This document shows, piece by piece, positions 60,023-64,000 of a DNA stretch of 64,000 nt. The stretch's first letter is position 1, and the number at the start of each line of letters is the position of its first letter. The translations under genes were made by a program, and so were the position numbers. Source of the stretch: Mucilaginibacter sp. (lineage in GTDB: Bacteria > Bacteroidota > Bacteroidia > Sphingobacteriales > Sphingobacteriaceae). Under the pieces are notes generated by a model. The model saw only the letters and a list, made by a program, of their open reading frames with translations. It was not told the DNA's origin and searched no databases. The stretch is taken from contig NZ_JAQBOC010000062.1 in assembly GCF_028288225.1 (NCBI RefSeq), positions 58,265-122,264 on the forward strand. Reading direction: 5' to 3'.

Positions 60023-61276
60023 CTAATCAAAACTTATCTCAAAAGAATGCAGGTCATTTACATATTGATAACTAAGTGCAAAGTTATGCTGGTTACAAAT
60101 GTTCTTCATAATTGCCAGCCCCAGGCCGGTACCCTCCGATGATCTTCCTTTATTAAAGCGTGTAAAAACGGTGGCTTGCTGAAGCGGGAGGCTTTCTCCG
60201 GAATTTTGAAATATCAGCTTATTGCCTGACAACCTTATTTTTATATGTCCAAAGGCCTTATTATGCTTTATTGCATTACTAAAAAGGTTGTTGATCAAAA
60301 CATCGGTTAAATATTTGTTTGCAGCGACCTCAACTTCATCAAGCGCATAGTTCAACTCAATGTTTTTATTTTGAATCAGTTCCTGGAATTGCTGTATTTT
60401 TTCAAGGATGATGGATTTAATATTCAGCTTTTCGTTATCATGTAATAAATTATTATCAATTTTCACAAGCAATAAGAGCGACTGATTTAACCGGGAAAGT
60501 TTGTTAGTGGCCGAATAAATATCGGTTATTTGGGCGTACTGATCAGATCTCAATGTTTCATCCTGTATCAGTGTATCCAATTTAGAAGTAATAACAGCTA
60601 AAGGCGTCATTATTTCATGTGAAGCATTTTCAGTAAAAGTTTTTAATCCATGATAATCTGCCGTTACCCTTGATGACATTTTGGAAACAGCATCTCCTAA
60701 CTCCGTGAACTCATCCGCCTTTGCTTGAATAATATCCATTTTTTTATTATCAGATACGTTAAACTCTTTTACCTGGTGCAGTATATAATAAAAAGGCCGC
60801 CAAAGCCCATTCAAAATATACCTGTTGGTAATTATCAGGACAGATAACAACACCGTGGTTAATAGTAAGGTAATAATGAATATAATTTGAATAAGGTATT
60901 CTGTGTTTTCCCGTGATTCAACAATAGTTGCAATATAACGTTCGCCATTTAATTTGATCAGGGCGGCCACGGCCCTGCCATTTTCATTTTTTTTCTCCCG
61001 GGGATTAAGGTATGGCGTATCAAAAAATTTAGTATCAAACTTAACCAGGTTTGTTTTAACAAAAGTTGTTTGGTCCTCATCAAAATCAATCGGTTTTGGC
61101 AGGTGTTGATTGAGGTTTACATATTCAATTACTTCTGCTATTTCTTCTGATAAATTACTGTCAAGTTGCTCCCTGGCAATCTGGTTAATGATAATATAAT
61201 AAATTATACCTGATATTAATAACACGGTGACACTAATAATAATACTGGCTTTATTGTAATGTGCCGCTAATTTCAT
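60023..61276 (-). CDS. sensor histidine kinase (OmpR-pair, CusS/QseC-like)
   Basis: Two TM segments; ENASHEIMTPL; NLFSNAIKH; GTGLGLAI; ATG at 61276. Confidence 0.9.
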   Translation of the reverse strand: MKLAAHYNKASIIISVTVLLISGIIYYIIINQIAREQLDSNLSEEIAEVIEYVNLNQHLPKPIDFDEDQTTFVKTNLVKFDTKFFDTPYLNPREKKNENGRAVAALIKLNGERYIATIVESRENTEYLIQIIFIITLLLTTVLLSVLIITNRYILNGLWRPFYYILHQVKEFNVSDNKKMDIIQAKADEFTELGDAVSKMSSRVTADYHGLKTFTENASHEIMTPLAVITSKLDTLIQDETLRSDQYAQITDIYSATNKLSRLNQSLLLLVKIDNNLLHDNEKLNIKSIILEKIQQFQELIQNKNIELNYALDEVEVAANKYLTDVLINNLFSNAIKHNKAFGHIKIRLSGNKLIFQNSGESLPLQQATVFTRFNKGRSSEGTGLGLAIMKNICNQHNFALSYQYVNDLHSFEISFD

Positions 61277-61278
61277 GA

Positions 61279-61950
61279 TCAAATAAATTTGTAACCCACG
61301 CCATAAATAGAAGTAAAAAAATCCTTCCCGGTTATATCTGCCAGTTTTTTCCTCAGGTTTTTAATATGAGTATATATAAAATCAAAGCTATCCAGCATAT
61401 CCATTTCATCACCCCAAAGATGTTCCGCAATAGCGTTCTTCGAAACTACCTTACCTTTGTTGGCAATAAAGTAAAGCAGCATTTCGTACTCTTTTCATGT
61501 TAAAACAATGGCCTTTTCATTAACATTTACATTCCGCCCTAAAAGATCAATACTGATCTCCTTGTAGTTAAGGACATTGGTGCTGCCAAATGCTTTTCTG
61601 CGAAAAATAGCTAATAAGCGGGCTTTTAATTCGGCCAGGTGAAAGGGCTTGGTAATATAGTCATCTGCACCTATATTAAGCCCCCTTATTTTATCGTCTA
61701 ATGAGTTTCGTGCAGAAATAATCAGCACACAATCCTGTTTGTTATTTGATTTTAAATACTCAAGTATAGTAAACCCGTCCCCATCTGGTAAACCAATATC
61801 CAATACAATACAATCATATTCGTAAATAGCAATCTTTTGAAGCGCTGTTTCCAGGTTGCCACATGTTTCACAAATACTTCCTTCTTCGGTGAAATATTTT
61901 TCTATTGTTTCACGCAGGCCTTGCTCATCTTCAACTATCAGGAGTTTCAA
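61279..61950 (-). pseudogene. OmpR-family response regulator interrupted by an in-frame TGA
   Basis: TTG start (LKLLIVEDE), LDIGLPD, GADDYITKPF; ...IVLT-TGA(61495-61497)-KEYEMLLYF...YGVGYKFI continues in the same frame; 224 codons overall. Confidence 0.85.
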
Positions 61951-61979
61951 TTTTCTTTTTTTACTAAAGCTATTAAATG

Positions 61980-62079
61980 ATTCTGAAGTAAAGCTGAAGA
62001 AACATCCTGGTATAAACCCGGGCATTTACACTATATTTAGTTGGCAAACCTGGTTGCAACTTCAATTTTACTCCAGATT
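61980..62079. promoter_or_regulatory. two divergent OmpR-type direct-repeat boxes
   Basis: CTTCAGCTTTACTTCAGAAT (minus, 61980-61999) and CTTCAATTTTACTCCAGATT (plus, 62060-62079), each followed 7 nt later by TAG(C/T)TTTA. Confidence 0.6.
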
Positions 62080-62120
62080 TATAATATAGTTTTAAAATAA
62101 GATTCAACTAACAAATCACA

Positions 62121-62885
62121 ATGCCGAAATGTTACATCACAATATGCATATGCTTAATCTTATCTGTTAAGTTAAAAGCACAAGATAACTACGAGATCCA
62201 GGTTTATGGATCAGAAACTGTAGAAAAAGGGCATACAATGCTCGAATTGCACAGTAATTTTACTTTTGATGGCAGTAAGACAATTGCAGATGGAGTTTTA
62301 CCTACCAACCATGTTTTTCATGAAACTATTGAAATAACACATGGCTGGACACCCTGGTTTGAAACGGGTTTTTATATTTTTAATACTATAGGTAATGATG
62401 GGCGAACAGGGTATGTGGGTTCGCATATCAGGCCCAGAGTAGCTGTACCTGAAAGCTGGAAATGGCCGGTTGGCGTAAGCCTGTCATTAGAATTTGGCTT
62501 TCAAAAGGCTCAATATGATGCTAATACAAGCTCTTTGGAGATCAGGCCCATTATAGATAAAAAATGGGGGAGCTGGTATATTTCAGTAAACCCAACTTTA
62601 GACCAAAGCTTTAAAGGACCTGACCAGCACCTCGGCCTGATCTTTTCCCCAAACATTAAAGGCAGTTATGATGTTTCAAAAGTAGTTGCCCTGGGATTGG
62701 AATATTATGGCAGCACAGGTCCTTTTTTTAACTACTATCTGATACGTCAACAAGAACATCAAATATTTATAGCAACAGACCTTAATTTTAGCCCAGACTG
62801 GGAATTTAATGCCGGTTATGGTTTTGGATTAACCGGGGTTACGGACAGATCTCTTTTTAAAGTTATTTTAGGCCGGAGATTTTAA
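62121..62885 (+). CDS. putative outer-membrane beta-barrel protein
   Basis: Signal peptide; QDNYEIQVY; LELHSN; HETIEITHG; C-terminal GRRF. Confidence 0.75.
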   Translation: MPKCYITICICLILSVKLKAQDNYEIQVYGSETVEKGHTMLELHSNFTFDGSKTIADGVLPTNHVFHETIEITHGWTPWFETGFYIFNTIGNDGRTGYVGSHIRPRVAVPESWKWPVGVSLSLEFGFQKAQYDANTSSLEIRPIIDKKWGSWYISVNPTLDQSFKGPDQHLGLIFSPNIKGSYDVSKVVALGLEYYGSTGPFFNYYLIRQQEHQIFIATDLNFSPDWEFNAGYGFGLTGVTDRSLFKVILGRRF

Positions 62886-62942
62886 GGGTTGGACAGGGGT
62901 TAACAGATATTCAATTTAAAATACTAATTAATAATATAACAT

Positions 62943-63608
62943 ATGGTAGTACTGGAGCCTAAGCGAAAGGATATTGAGCATCCAAATCAAAACAAAAAGT
63001 ATTCTGCATCATTACGTTTATGGCATTGGCTAAACGCAATTGTTATTACAGGTTCATTATTAACCGTTTTGCTTAATTCAACGCTACTTGATACCGGGAA
63101 TAATGCAGCATTTATAAAGGATCAGCTGCATGGCGCGGGTGCAGCTGTAACTGATGACCAGGCAAGATCTGTTGCCCACGAGTTGAGTGATAAAGTTTGG
63201 GCGATACATACTTATTTCGGATACGTTTTGGCCGGGCTTGTTCTATTCAGGATACTGTTAGAATTTTTTCAGCTAGCTGATCAAAAGTTAATTCGTAAAA
63301 TTAAAATAGCTTACAGGGAGTATTATATTACAAAAAGAAACCGGGAATTAGCCAGGCATGAGTTTTGGGTTAAAACACTTTATGCCGTATTTTATCTTTT
63401 TATATTCACTATGGCCGCTACCGGTTTATGTCTTGCTTTTGAGGATGACGTACCAGCACTTAAGGCAATACATGCCATTAGGGAGATTCATCAATTCACC
63501 ATGTACCTGATACTTTCATTTATTGTATTACACCTGGGGGGTGTGTTTTTAGCTGAACGAAAAGATAGCAAGGGAATAACTTCTGATATGATTAATGGCG
63601 GTAAATGA
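62943..63608 (+). CDS. cytochrome b/b6 (Ni-hydrogenase cyt b-like) membrane protein
   Basis: RLWHW; W.IHTYFGY; EIHQ; LHLGGV; ITSDMING. Confidence 0.85.
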   Translation: MVVLEPKRKDIEHPNQNKKYSASLRLWHWLNAIVITGSLLTVLLNSTLLDTGNNAAFIKDQLHGAGAAVTDDQARSVAHELSDKVWAIHTYFGYVLAGLVLFRILLEFFQLADQKLIRKIKIAYREYYITKRNRELARHEFWVKTLYAVFYLFIFTMAATGLCLAFEDDVPALKAIHAIREIHQFTMYLILSFIVLHLGGVFLAERKDSKGITSDMINGGK

Positions 63609-63612
63609 TCAG

Positions 63613-63652
63613 TAACCATACGTTGCTTTAATAAAACTGCAACGTATGGTTA
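63613..63652. terminator. bidirectional hairpin between convergent genes
   Basis: TAACCATACGTTGC/GCAACGTATGGTTA perfect 14-bp arms. Confidence 0.7.
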
Positions 63653-63670
63653 TTGATATTAATCACGACT

Positions 63671-64000
63671 TTATTTGAATTTTAAATTTAAGGTAGCAAT
63701 ATTAGAATTTAGTCCGGTTGAACGCATGTAATGACCAAACCTGATCTCGAGCATATTTAAATGCTGCCAGCCAAACACGCCGTTTGGTGGCGCCAGCCTC
63801 AAATTAAGCCCAACAAAGTTGCTGTTGAAGGTAGACAGGTCATAATCACTGGTATAATACTTTTCTGTAACGTTATGCTGCCCGTATGGTGCAAAATACC
63901 GTGTGCCTTGTTGACTGGTATACCTGTAAAACGGGCTTACTGAAACAAATGAAGTAAACTTAACAGGCACCTCAACTTCGGCAGTGTTGGCCCTTATCCC
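63671..64000 (-). CDS. C-terminal part of a DUF3570-like outer-membrane protein (runs off the window)
   Basis: SPFYRYTSQ..YFAPY..YYTSDYDLS.F; frame open to the window end. Confidence 0.7.
   Translation of the reverse strand, partial: GIRANTAEVEVPVKFTSFVSVSPFYRYTSQQGTRYFAPYGQHNVTEKYYTSDYDLSTFNSNFVGLNLRLAPPNGVFGWQHLNMLEIRFGHYMRSTGLNSNIATLNLKFK

Noticed and set aside
61495-61497. TGA as selenocysteine or an alternative genetic code
   Set aside because: The position is normally Arg/Lys rather than Cys, and TGA ends several intact genes in this window.

Overview
AT-rich Bacteroidota chromosome segment; gene content suggests Sphingobacteriaceae/Mucilaginibacter-like (inference). In order it holds: an OMPLA-like barrel; a 3-keto-glycoside module (DUF1080, GMC oxidoreductase, Tat subunit); a DUF2157-type membrane pair; an assimilatory nitrate/nitrite cluster (porin, NarK, fused nitrate reductase, rubredoxin-domain protein, Crp/Fnr, nirBD, cobA); a TolC-MFP-double RND-MarR efflux operon; ArsR-SRPBCC-hydrolase; a 204-bp MITE; a kdp potassium-uptake region; xth plus an AraC remnant; a TonB-dependent putative phosphate-scavenging locus; gluQ; three histidine kinases; and an OmpR-type regulator broken by an in-frame stop. 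The best signal is at 33.6-40.3 kb. Five intergenic regions share one architecture: paired TATCA-N3-TGATA-like boxes 21-22 bp apart, an IHF-like site in three of the five, and a sigma54 -24/-12 element 87-89 bp downstream. This defines a probable regulon of the local NtrC-type activator, covering kdpFABC, a porin, micro-proteins, an ArgA-like/ArgE-like pair and a candidate ~105-nt sRNA whose loop is antisense to start-codon regions. A second shared RNA motif (GUCGCA hexaloop) sits in both nitrate-operon leaders. No rRNA, tRNA or CRISPR array was seen. All family assignments come from motif recognition, not database searches.
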